Assembly (NCBI GenBank): GCA_963793425.1
Contig: CAWCAG010000007.1
Location: forward strand, 1,056,001-1,120,000
DNA: 64,000 nucleotides
DNA from: an uncultured cyanobacterium
GTDB taxonomy: Bacteria; Cyanobacteriota; Cyanobacteriia; Cyanobacteriales; CAWCAG01
Reading direction: 5' to 3'
Shown here: one piece after another, positions 42,300-51,618 of the stretch
How positions within the stretch are numbered: the stretch's first letter is position 1
Layout: the number at the start of each line of letters is the position of its first letter
Translations under genes and position numbers: made by a program
The notes under the pieces: generated by a model
Database searches by the model: none
The model's input: the letters and a program-made list of their open reading frames with translations, nothing else
What the model was told of the DNA's origin: nothing

Positions 42300-42791
42300 A
42301 TGGAAGGAAATTTAATTGAAGTTCGTAATGCTACTATTGATGATGTAGCCTTGATTTTTGATTTTATCTGGATAAAATCAGCTTTTGATCGCAGTGTTGG
42401 AGCTTTTCGTGGTGTGCTTCAAACTTCTGAAGAAAAAATAGTTCAAACGATGTTTGGAGCTTTACCTTTTGCTTATGTTGTATTTGCAGAAAGCGCAAAT
42501 AGTACAGTAGGGTTTGCTTTATATTACTTCAGATATTCATCTTTTGCTGGTCAACCCATTCTTTGGTTAGATGATTTGTATGTAGATGAACAGATGAGGA
42601 ATAAAGGAGCAGGCTTGGTATTGATGAATCACTTGGCTCAAGTTTTCAGAGCAAATAATTGTAGTCATCTTGCTTGGACTGCTGATGCTAGAAATACTCG
42701 CGGACTTAATTTTTATTCTCGCTTAGGAGCAGAAGTTATTAAGCAAGAAGTTAATAGTTGTTTATTAATCTGGAAACCTGACCAAGTTTAA
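42300..42791 (+). CDS. GNAT family N-acetyltransferase (SSAT-like)
   Basis: VGFALYYFRYSSF, LWLDDLYV...RNKGAG, N.RGLNFY.RLGA. Confidence 0.85.
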   Translation: MEGNLIEVRNATIDDVALIFDFIWIKSAFDRSVGAFRGVLQTSEEKIVQTMFGALPFAYVVFAESANSTVGFALYYFRYSSFAGQPILWLDDLYVDEQMRNKGAGLVLMNHLAQVFRANNCSHLAWTADARNTRGLNFYSRLGAEVIKQEVNSCLLIWKPDQV

Positions 42792-42813
42792 TTAATAAAA
42801 TATTGACCCTAAA

Positions 42814-43131
42814 CTAACTTGATTTGACTAAGTGAGTTTGAATTTCTTGCCAATCAACTTTGCTCAAAGCCGGATTGTTTTCGTCAACAACTGTACCAGA
42901 TACCCAGCTTATTTCTGGGTAATACTGGGAAAGCCTATCTGCGTTTACATCTGCTTTTACTTCGACAGCAATACCCTCTTCAAAGTGAAGCTGATTAATT
43001 TTATAACGACCTTGAATAGTTGGTTGAGTTGTCTCTACAAGTTGAGGATAATGGGGTACTCTGTCAATATTTTTTTCTTGTTGATAATTGCCCCAAGCTA
43101 TGAGTAAATTTGCCTTTTGTTTTATGTCCAT
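42814..43131 (-). CDS. Hypothetical protein
   Basis: 105-aa ORF with ATG and a purine-rich RBS-like sequence; no recognised motif. Confidence 0.55.
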   Translation of the reverse strand: MDIKQKANLLIAWGNYQQEKNIDRVPHYPQLVETTQPTIQGRYKINQLHFEEGIAVEVKADVNADRLSQYYPEISWVSGTVVDENNPALSKVDWQEIQTHLVKSS

Positions 43132-44090
43132 TTCTTTCTATCCTGAATTTATTATCTATAAAAAACCTAACAGAGTTATTTTTAAAACACACCCGTAGAA
43201 TCGGGGTTTTCAATTGGTGTTTTTTGTTTGTTTTTCTATAAATAAATCGAGGAATACACTTAAAATATCCCTATTTGAAGCTAAAAAGTAATAAATACCT
43301 ATCAGCTTAACCAACTGAACATTGAATATTTTATTGACTCAGTTTATTTAAAAACTTTCTTGTATGAATAAGTATGATTTATATATTCTTTTCCTATGTT
43401 TCACACTTTTAAAGCGATAAAAACAACTTTCACATTGCTACCTGGAACCGAAAAACTGAAAAAGATGAAGAAAATCCTCCTCTTAAGGGTGTCAAGAGAA
43501 GGATATGGGGGGGTGATTTGGTTCTACCAGAAAGTCTCCTTGCTGTCAGATGAACTAACAGATCAATTTGAACCTCTATATTTAGTATGCTCCTGCTATG
43601 TTTGCGATTACGTTTTCGCAAGGGGTTGTTTTGTATAAGTTTATTTTCTCAAGTATTTTTAATAACAAAATGGCAGAAAAGTAGCTTAAGTGTCTTCTTC
43701 TTGCTCTAAATAATTTTAGAAGATTAATTTTGTTTAAGCTAGTTTGGTTATTTAAGTGAAAACTTTGTCATCTTGGCAAAGATTGTTTCCAGGAAAAATA
43801 TCTAAAATCACTCTCTGTAAATATAGAGTAAGTAAAGTTATTTGGTTAAGTAGTTGAAAACTTCTAAATGAGTAGATACGAGTATAGTTATAGTCCCTTA
43901 AGTACTGGCGTATTTTTATTTTTTCGTCGAAAAAACTTTATCTTTAGAAACTTTAATAATTTACTCATCAATAAATTAAACTAAAAGAGGATGCAGGAAA
44001 TAATATTAGTATAAAACTCTACCTATTTATTTACTAAATCTGTAAAGATAGAGTTACCGCAGGTACTATTTATACCAGGCAATATTTAAT

Positions 44091-45914
44091 ATGATAGGTG
44101 AATTGTTAGCTGGGCATTATAGAGTTTTACAAGCCCTCGGTTCTGGGGGTTTTGGCAAAACTTATATTGTTGAAGATACTCACCGACCGAGTAATCCTAA
44201 ATGTGTACTTAAACATCTCAAACCTGTTAGTAATGATCTTCAGATTTTAGAAACTGCTAGAAAGTTGTTTCATAAGGAAGCAGAGATATTAGAGAAGCTG
44301 GGAGAATACCATCATATACCTCGACTTCTAGCTTATTTTGAAGAAGATCAAGAATTTTATTTAGCCCAAGAATATATTGAAGGACAGACCCTGAGTGAAG
44401 AATTAGTATTAGGACAGCAGTGGTCGGAGAGTGAAGTAATTGAGTTATTGCAAGAAGTCTTACAAATCTTAGTTTTTATCCACGGTCAATCAGTTATTCA
44501 TCGAGACGTTAAACCAGACAACCTGATTCGCCGGGCTTCTAACCGTAAGTTGGTTCTCATCGATTTTGGTGCGATTAAACAAATACGCAACCCTAATGCT
44601 TTAGAAGCAGGTTCAGTGAGTGTTTCAGTTACCGTAGGGACTCCCGGTTATATGTCCACTGAACAAGGACGAGGTAGTCCCCGTCCTAACAGCGATATTT
44701 ATTCTTTAGGTACTATCGGTATTCAAGCCCTGACAGGAATTCATCCCTACCAACTACCAGAAGACCCTAACACCGGGGAATTACTCTGGCGGGAAATACC
44801 GGTGAGTGCTGGTTTAGCTGCGGTACTAACTAAGATGGTACGCTATCACTTCAAAGACCGCTATGAAACAGCATTAGAGGCATTACAGGCGGTACAGCAA
44901 TTGGCCAGCCCCCATAATATGCCCACAGTGCAAATAGCGAAGGATTATATAGCTTCTCCTTCTGTACCAATTGCTGCTGTTGATGAGTCTAAGAACAATA
45001 ACTATATAAGAGAGTTAACTCTCAACTGGTTAGAGGCAGGAGAAGAAAATAAACAGGTTATTCGAGAAGGGCAACCGAGCAAGAATTCTGGTACTTTTCG
45101 CTTAGGGCGTAATCCTGGTTTATGCGATTTGGTTTTGGCCGATGCCACAGTTTCAGGACTCCACGCAGAAATCTTTTTTCAGCCTCAGCAAGATAGTTTT
45201 TTTATCCGTTCCTTAAGAGAAAGCAATCCTTTAATAGTTAATGGTCAATCTTTACCTGTGGGAGAATTGCCTCTTAATAAAGGGAGTAATTTTCAGTTGG
45301 GGGAGGTGAATTTCCAGATCACAGAGATTACCCTCAAGCAGTTAGACACCCTTCAAGAAGAACAATCTCTGCAACCACCCCCAATTACACCCCACCATAC
45401 CGTAGCAACAACCTTAACACCCCCCCCGAAAACTCCAGTTAAGGAAGATAAAACTATTGCTATTTCTTCTCCTTCTCCTTCACCCTCAATTACTCAAATT
45501 CCTACAACTGAATCCTCTCGAAGAAAGCTCTTGCTTTGGGGAACAACTGGTTTGGGGGTAGCTGGGATCGCAGTAGTTGGAAGTATTTGGGGGGGGAATT
45601 TAATCTCTAGTAACCAACCAAGTCAGTCTATTTCCCAGCCTCAAGAAACTGTAGCCCTCCAGACTGAGGAGGAAAGAAACTCATCACCAATATCAATTAC
45701 CCCAGAGAATTGCCGAGTGATTTCTCCGACAAAAGGAAATATTGCGAGGGTTTTTGACCAACCTTCTAGGGAAGCAGATACAGGAAAGACCCTTGATGAA
45801 GGTACAGAGGTTGCCTTGGTAGAAACTCAAAAGGCTTTTATCAAAATTGAGATGGTTGATGGTAGCCAAGGTTGGGTTTTTAATGATCAGGTGAAAAAAT
45901 GTAAGCCAAAATAA
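44091..45914 (+). CDS. Ser/Thr protein kinase with FHA, TM and C-terminal SH3b-like domains
   Basis: LGSGGFG, HRDVKPDN, DFG, GTPGY; FHA RLGR...VSGLHAEI...SNP; Pro-rich linker; TM; C-terminal ...DGSQGWVF. Confidence 0.88.
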   Translation: MIGELLAGHYRVLQALGSGGFGKTYIVEDTHRPSNPKCVLKHLKPVSNDLQILETARKLFHKEAEILEKLGEYHHIPRLLAYFEEDQEFYLAQEYIEGQTLSEELVLGQQWSESEVIELLQEVLQILVFIHGQSVIHRDVKPDNLIRRASNRKLVLIDFGAIKQIRNPNALEAGSVSVSVTVGTPGYMSTEQGRGSPRPNSDIYSLGTIGIQALTGIHPYQLPEDPNTGELLWREIPVSAGLAAVLTKMVRYHFKDRYETALEALQAVQQLASPHNMPTVQIAKDYIASPSVPIAAVDESKNNNYIRELTLNWLEAGEENKQVIREGQPSKNSGTFRLGRNPGLCDLVLADATVSGLHAEIFFQPQQDSFFIRSLRESNPLIVNGQSLPVGELPLNKGSNFQLGEVNFQITEITLKQLDTLQEEQSLQPPPITPHHTVATTLTPPPKTPVKEDKTIAISSPSPSPSITQIPTTESSRRKLLLWGTTGLGVAGIAVVGSIWGGNLISSNQPSQSISQPQETVALQTEEERNSSPISITPENCRVISPTKGNIARVFDQPSREADTGKTLDEGTEVALVETQKAFIKIEMVDGSQGWVFNDQVKKCKPK

Positions 45915-45942
45915 GAAAAAGTCAATATCTGTTTGCAAAACT

Positions 45943-45970
45943 TAAAACATAAGTTACAATAGTTCACATA
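45943..45970 (+). promoter_or_regulatory. HLR1-like (RpaB) direct repeat
   Basis: TAAAACAT-AA-GTTACAAT-AG-TTCACATA with 10-bp periodicity, resembling (G/T)TTACA(T/A)(T/A)-N2 repeats. Confidence 0.4.
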
Positions 45971-46006
45971 AGAGAAAAATAAAGATAAACGTTAGGAACA
46001 AAATTA

Positions 46007-46237
46007 ATGCTAACTATTTTAATTGCACTATCTACCATCGGTTGGGTTGCTGCTGCGTTACTAGGAACCCAAGCCTACTTTAGAGGAGAACAGTCTAAGC
46101 CCATCCATAACCGTAACTGGAACTCTAATGGTTTTGAACAATTGTCAAAATCCATCACCGGGCAAGAAGTAAATTATGCTGTTCGTGTCCCCGTCTACAG
46201 CTTGGATGCTTACAGCAGCAAAAACCTATCTAGCTAG
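46007..46237 (+). CDS. Small single-TM protein, Psb35-related family
   Basis: GWVAA.LLGTQAYFRGEQSKPIH.RNW.S..FE.L.KSITG. Confidence 0.65.
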   Translation: MLTILIALSTIGWVAAALLGTQAYFRGEQSKPIHNRNWNSNGFEQLSKSITGQEVNYAVRVPVYSLDAYSSKNLSS

Positions 46238-46258
46238 AATGGCACCTCAATTTAATAG

Positions 46259-47463
46259 CTAAGCTTCTACCGCCTCCTGGGAACGATACCGAAACCCAGC
46301 TTTCTTGAGGCGGTTTATAGCTTCTCCTAAGCGATCGCAATCAGCAATTAAACTAACTCTGACATAGCCTTCTCCCCCCTCACCAAAGGCGTTGCCAGGA
46401 GTAACAACTACCCCAGTGTTTTGCAAAACTTTCAAAGCAAAATCAGTGGAACTAATGCCGACAGGACTTTTGATCCAAAGGTACATAGTTGCCTTAGATT
46501 GGGGAATTTGCCAACCTAACTCTCCTAAACCTTTAATCACAAAATCCCGCCGAGTGCTGTAACGTTCTTGTACTCGCTTAATATAAATATCAGGCAATTG
46601 TAAAGCAGTTTCTGCTGCAGTTTGGATCGCGGCGAAGATACCGTAATCTAAATTGGTTTTGAGGGTACGTAACCCTTGAATGATTTGGTTATTTCCTACG
46701 ACAAAACCAACCCGCCAACCTGCCATGTTGTAAGTTTTTGAGAGGGTATGAAACTCCACACCAATATCTTTGCCCCAGGAATTTCTAACAAGCTGGTAGG
46801 TTGATAGCCATCAAATGCCAATTCAGCGTAACAAAGATCGTGAACTAAGAGAATTTCGTAGCGACGGGCAAAAGCAACTATCTCTTCAAAAAACTCCCTC
46901 GGTGCAGTGGCGGTGGTAGGGTTACTAGGATAGTTGAAGTAGAGAATTTTGGCTTCTTCAGCGACAGAATCAGGAATAGCAGATAAATCAATTAACCAAT
47001 CATTTTCTTCTTTTAAAATGAGTTGGTGTAACCGCCCTCCAGCAATTAAAGGGCCACGAAAATGGGCAGGATAAGCCGGACTAGGAACTAAAACCAAGTC
47101 TCCTGGATTGATGTAGGCAAGGGCAAGATGAGTTAATCCTTCTTTTGAACCCAATAAAGGCAAGGCTTCTCCATCAGGATCGAGGTTCACATCATAGCAA
47201 CGCTTATACCAAGAAGTGATAGCTTGGCGGAAACTGGCCGTACCTTCAAAAGGAGGATAGCCATGATTACTTGGTATTTGTAAAGCGGCGATCGCAGCAT
47301 CAATAACTGGCTGAGGGGCAGCACCATCGGGGTTGCCCATACCTAAATCTATTAAATCTAAACCTTGTTCTCTGGCGCGGGCTTTTAATTCATCGAGACG
47401 GGCGAAAACATAAGGTGGTAAGGCAGCAACACGTTTAGCGGGGGTAATCCAATTTAAACTCAT
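46259..47463 (-). pseudogene. PLP-dependent class I/II aminotransferase (aspartate/LL-DAP aminotransferase family) with a single frameshift
   Basis: LPPYVFARLDELK, NYPSNPT, HDLCY in ORF1; EFHTLSKTYNMAGWRVG in ORF2; one extra A at 46769-46771 restores PGAKDIGVEFH; may be an assembly error. Confidence 0.85.
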
Positions 47464-47538
47464 GGTAATTGTGGTAGCAAAAACAAGGGGAAGCCATAAG
47501 AGATTATTTTCTCACCCAGAGGGAAAAGTTGCTAATGG

Positions 47539-48444
47539 CTAATGGTTGATAGGTGATAGTTGAGAGCAAACAACTTTTGGTTTAAGCTGATGCTCAATTA
47601 TTGCTGCTATACCTAAAAAGCCTCTCTGTTCACCATAAACTCGATAAAATTCTTGGGAATTTACTTTGTCCCCCGGTTCTAGTTCTAGACTAATCCTTTG
47701 TCCCTGACACCAACGCTGGGCTTTTTCTGTTGATAAGGTTACTTGAGGTAAATGTTGAAGTGCTAAATCTGGAGGAATTAATTGTTGATTTTCGGCTTCT
47801 AATTCCTCAAAAGTTACGCTTTGTGCTAATTGCAAACCGCAACTTTCTGTTCGCACTAAATTAGCTAAAGTGCCACCGACTTGCAGCAAATTTCCTAAAT
47901 CTCTAGCGATCGCCCTGATATAAGTCCCTGGGCCACAGGCGATCGCTACTTCTAATTCTGGCTTTTCTCCTGGCTGCCAAGCTAAAACTTGAATTTTGTT
48001 AATCTCAACTATTCTCGGCTCAATTTCTACCTTCTCACCCTTTCTAGCTAGCTCATAGAGCTTTTTGCCTTGACGCTTAATGGCACTATAGGCAGGGGGA
48101 ATTTGAGAGATTTCTCCTCTGAATTTTTCTAGGGCAACTTCAACGGTTGCTAAGGTTAAATAGGCAGCAGAATGGGTGGCAATAACTTCTCCTTCAAGGT
48201 CATCAGTGTCTGTCTGCAAACCGAAGCATATTTTTGCTTGATAAGCTTTTTCTGGGGGCAAAAATGGCAACAGCCGAGTTGCTTTACCTACGGCAATGGG
48301 CAACACCCCCATAGCAGCAGGATCAAGGGTTCCGCCATGGCCAACTTTCTTGGTGTGCAACAGTCGCCGCACCTTAGCAACACAGTCATGAGAGGTGAAG
48401 CCAGCAGGCTTATTTAAGTTTAAGAAACCTTGCATTTCAGTCAT
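47539..48444 (-). CDS. truB: tRNA pseudouridine(55) synthase
   Basis: LNKPAGFTSHD, KVGHGGTLDP, PPAYSAIK..GKKLYELAR, GTYIRAIARD; ATG at 48444 overlaps the upstream stop (ATGA). Confidence 0.95.
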   Translation of the reverse strand: MTEMQGFLNLNKPAGFTSHDCVAKVRRLLHTKKVGHGGTLDPAAMGVLPIAVGKATRLLPFLPPEKAYQAKICFGLQTDTDDLEGEVIATHSAAYLTLATVEVALEKFRGEISQIPPAYSAIKRQGKKLYELARKGEKVEIEPRIVEINKIQVLAWQPGEKPELEVAIACGPGTYIRAIARDLGNLLQVGGTLANLVRTESCGLQLAQSVTFEELEAENQQLIPPDLALQHLPQVTLSTEKAQRWCQGQRISLELEPGDKVNSQEFYRVYGEQRGFLGIAAIIEHQLKPKVVCSQLSPINH

Positions 48445-51095
48445 GACTTTCTTCCTAATAACCAATAGGAAATCATCTCTCCCCTACCCCGAAGATGAAT
48501 TTTGCCTCGTTTTTCCAAGTGATATTTAGCTTGCAAATGTTGGTAAGTTTCTTTGCTGACTTGGATACGACCCTTTTTCCCTTGTGCTTCTAAGCGACTT
48601 GCGACATTAACCGCATCTCCCCAAAGATCAAAAACAAACTTCTTTGTACCAATAACTCCTCCAATCACAGGGCCAGTATTGATACCAATACGTAACTGGA
48701 AAGGTTTGCCATCGTCATGTTTAAAGTTAGCGATCGCCTGTTGCATATCTAGGGCCATTGCTGCTACTGATTCAGCATGATCTTCTCGAAATGTAGGTAC
48801 ACCGCCCACTACCATATACTCATCGCCGATAGTTTTGATTTTCTCCAAACTATATTTCTCGCAGAGACGATCAAAAATAGAAAAGATTTGATTCAGCAAA
48901 TCGACTAACTCTGTAGGATGTTTTTTGGCAGCTAAGCTAGTAAAGTTAACTAAATCAGCAAACATAATTGTTGCGGTTGCAAAACGTTCAGCAATAGGTT
49001 GTTGACTTTGTTTAAGGCGAGTGGCGATCGCTGCGGGTAAAACATTTAGTAGCAAGCGTTCAGATTTTTCTTGTTCTAAGCGAAGTTTAGCTTCAAAACG
49101 TTTGCGTTCGGTGATATCTTGAACAGAACCTTGATAACATAGTAAGTTACCTTGGCCTTGGTTATCAAAGATACTATGAACACTCTCAGAAATCCAGATA
49201 ATTTTGCCATCTTGACGGCGAACTTGAGACTCAAAACCAGATACTTGCCCCTGTTGCTGCATTAAGGTAATAAATTCTAAGCGCCGTTGAGGATGAATAT
49301 AAATTTGTTGAGCAATATTCTCTACATTAGCAACTAATGCTTGAGGAGATTCATAGCCATAAATCCTGGCTAGGGCAGGATTGACACTAATATATTTGCC
49401 TTCAGGAGTGGTTTGGAAAATACCTTCGATCGCGTTATCAAAAATGCGCCGATATTTAACCTCTGCTTGTTGCATTGCTTCTTGATTACGCTTACGTTCA
49501 GTTATATTCCTCGCAATCCAAATAACTGTATTTTCTGAAAGGGGAGAAACCTTGGCAGAGAAATATATTTCTTGTTCTTCAATAACTTGGCAATATTCTA
49601 CAGAGACAGTTTGCTTAGTATCCAAAGCTTGTTGAATGTAGCGTAACTTAATTTCAGCGTGCTGTGGTGATAAAACTTCCAACACATTTTTATTTAAAAC
49701 CTTGTCCGCAGACTTACTAAGGAAGCCAGGATTAGTGGGGGCAACTTTGCGATAATATCCTTGGCGATCGAAAACAAAGATTAAATCTGTCGTTGCCCCA
49801 AACAGAGTCCGTAATTCCGCTTCTGTGCGTTCCTGTTCAGCAATTCTTGTTTGCAATTCTAGGGTAGTTGCTTCTAATTGACGAGATTGTTGTTCTAATT
49901 GCCAGCTATATTGTATTTCTTGGGTTAAGTCTGAGAGCATATCAATAACTACTTCTGAGGCAGTAGAATTGACTTCTTCTAGTCCTAACCAAGGTAAGGG
50001 TTTAATTAGGTTTTTGCTGGTATAAACAATCTCAAATTGTCCTGTAGGTAAGATTTTGCCGATGCGACAGTTTTTCCAAACATGATGGTTCGCTTCAACT
50101 TTCATTAACCCTCCAGGGGCAGCAAAATTTTGTCCATAAGCAGCTACTCTTATCTCTTCTGTCTTAAAAGATTGCGCTAATTCTACAGCTTGTCGCCATA
50201 GATAGACTTGGCTATAAGCAGCTTCGATAGGATCACTGGTTACTGAAGTTTTATCTTGCCAGCGTCGGAAGCTTTGCACAAAAGTTTTATTGCTAGGAGT
50301 ATCAAGACTTTGAAAGTATGTCCAACAAGCATAATGTCCTGCGGCTACAGCACCAATTTCTTGCAGTTCAGCTTCGGCAACGCTAACGGCCATAATTGGT
50401 ATTGCTGTTGCTTCAATTCCTGCTTGATGATATTGCTGATAAAAGGCGATGTTGCTAGTACCATTGAGGCTATTAAAAACAACATCGGGCTGAATGTTTT
50501 TGATTTCTTGAATAGTTGCCTCAAAATCTTGGCTACCCAAAGGTACATATTTAGTACCGCAAACATAACCACCTTTTTGTTTCAGTTGGGCTTCAATAAT
50601 TCGATTAACGGCGCGAGGAAAAACGTAGTCAGAACCGATTGAATAGAAACGCTTTTTCTGATTTTGTAGCAACCAGTTAACTGTAGGTTGAACTTGTTGA
50701 TTAGCGCAAGAGCCGGTATAAAAAATATTAGGAGAAGTTTCTAAACCTTCATACTGGAGAGGATACCAAAGTAAGGAATTTAGTTCTTCAAATATCGGTT
50801 TTACAGCTTTGCGAGTAACAGAAGTCCAACAACCGAAGACCGTGACTACCTGATCTTCGAGGAGCAACTTTCTCGCTTTGTGGGCAAACACTTCCGGGTC
50901 GGAAGCCCCATCTTCTATAACTGGCTCAATTTGTCTACCTAATACTCCCCCAGTAGCATTGATCTCGGCGATCGCCATTAATTCAGCTTCAATCAACGGG
51001 ACTTCACTGATGGCCATTGTGCCGCATTGAGAATGCAAAATGCCAACTCGCACCGTTTGCGCTTCAATATTTTCGGAGATAGGTACTGTTGGCAT
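48441..51095 (-). CDS. UrtA/AmiC-like ligand-binding domain - PAS - PAS/PAC - class III adenylate cyclase fusion
   Basis: VGILHS..GTMAISE, EDGASD, VFGCWTS..RK, YPLQYEG, GSDYVFPR (UrtA); two PAS domains; FADLVNFT, KIKTIGD, FDLWGDAVNVASRL. Confidence 0.88.
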   Translation of the reverse strand: MPTVPISENIEAQTVRVGILHSQCGTMAISEVPLIEAELMAIAEINATGGVLGRQIEPVIEDGASDPEVFAHKARKLLLEDQVVTVFGCWTSVTRKAVKPIFEELNSLLWYPLQYEGLETSPNIFYTGSCANQQVQPTVNWLLQNQKKRFYSIGSDYVFPRAVNRIIEAQLKQKGGYVCGTKYVPLGSQDFEATIQEIKNIQPDVVFNSLNGTSNIAFYQQYHQAGIEATAIPIMAVSVAEAELQEIGAVAAGHYACWTYFQSLDTPSNKTFVQSFRRWQDKTSVTSDPIEAAYSQVYLWRQAVELAQSFKTEEIRVAAYGQNFAAPGGLMKVEANHHVWKNCRIGKILPTGQFEIVYTSKNLIKPLPWLGLEEVNSTASEVVIDMLSDLTQEIQYSWQLEQQSRQLEATTLELQTRIAEQERTEAELRTLFGATTDLIFVFDRQGYYRKVAPTNPGFLSKSADKVLNKNVLEVLSPQHAEIKLRYIQQALDTKQTVSVEYCQVIEEQEIYFSAKVSPLSENTVIWIARNITERKRNQEAMQQAEVKYRRIFDNAIEGIFQTTPEGKYISVNPALARIYGYESPQALVANVENIAQQIYIHPQRRLEFITLMQQQGQVSGFESQVRRQDGKIIWISESVHSIFDNQGQGNLLCYQGSVQDITERKRFEAKLRLEQEKSERLLLNVLPAAIATRLKQSQQPIAERFATATIMFADLVNFTSLAAKKHPTELVDLLNQIFSIFDRLCEKYSLEKIKTIGDEYMVVGGVPTFREDHAESVAAMALDMQQAIANFKHDDGKPFQLRIGINTGPVIGGVIGTKKFVFDLWGDAVNVASRLEAQGKKGRIQVSKETYQHLQAKYHLEKRGKIHLRGRGEMISYWLLGRKS

Positions 51096-51173
51096 CTCAA
51101 GGCATCCTTGGACTATAACTAGTATTTTCAGGTTATGTCCCTAAGGACATTTTATTCTGTCTGTTTTTATACT

Positions 51174-51187
51174 GTAAAATTAGTTAC
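51174..51187. promoter_or_regulatory. Putative NtcA box GTA-N8-TAC
   Basis: GTAAAATTAGTTAC, about 80 bp upstream of the cyclase start codon. Confidence 0.45.
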
Positions 51188-51195
51188 CGTTTTTT

Positions 51196-51230
51196 GCTAA
51201 TGGCTAATGGCTAATGGCTAGTTGCTAATA
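51196..51230 (+). repeat. Heptamer tandem repeat (GCTAATG)n
   Basis: gctaatg x3, gctagtt, gctaata. Confidence 0.85.
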
Positions 51231-51347
51231 GTGACAGGTTTGCGTTCTTAACTTCATTCAAAGTTAGTTTGGCAGGTGTGAATTTTAGAAATGCTGAATA
51301 GAACGCAAACTAGTATCTGCTTCAATTCTATTTTTGCAAAATTACTA

Positions 51348-51420
51348 TGCCGGGAGGCGGACTTGAACCGCCGACACGAGGATTTTCAGTCCTCTGCTCT
51401 ACCACCTGAGCTATCCTGGC
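51348..51420 (-). tRNA. trnF: tRNA-Phe(GAA)
   Basis: GCCAGGATAGCTCAGGTGGTAGAGCAGAGGACTGAAAATCCTCGTGTCGGCGGTTCAAGTCCGCCTCCCGGCA folds as a canonical cloverleaf; CCA not encoded. Confidence 0.97.
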
Positions 51421-51618
51421 TCGCTTTTTATAGCGCTTAATTAAGGTAACAGAATTTCATTACTCTTGGCAAGGTTTGAGCCTAAGTTGAGAGAAAGTTT
51501 TTTCTTGCAAAGGTAAAAGCTATAAAAGTAAGCAATTACTTACACCTCTGAAGGTAAGATTAAAGCTGCGATCTTATCAGAGGAAAGATCGCTTGCCAAA
51601 ACCATTCAAACGTCCATA

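Noticed and set aside
43396..43638. Short overlapping ORFs of 80 aa (+) and 63 aa (-)
   Set aside because: No recognisable motif or RBS, and they are mutually antisense; likely spurious
51348..51420. tRNA-Phe as an integration site of a genomic island
   Set aside because: No integrase and no duplicated tRNA 3' end seen in the window
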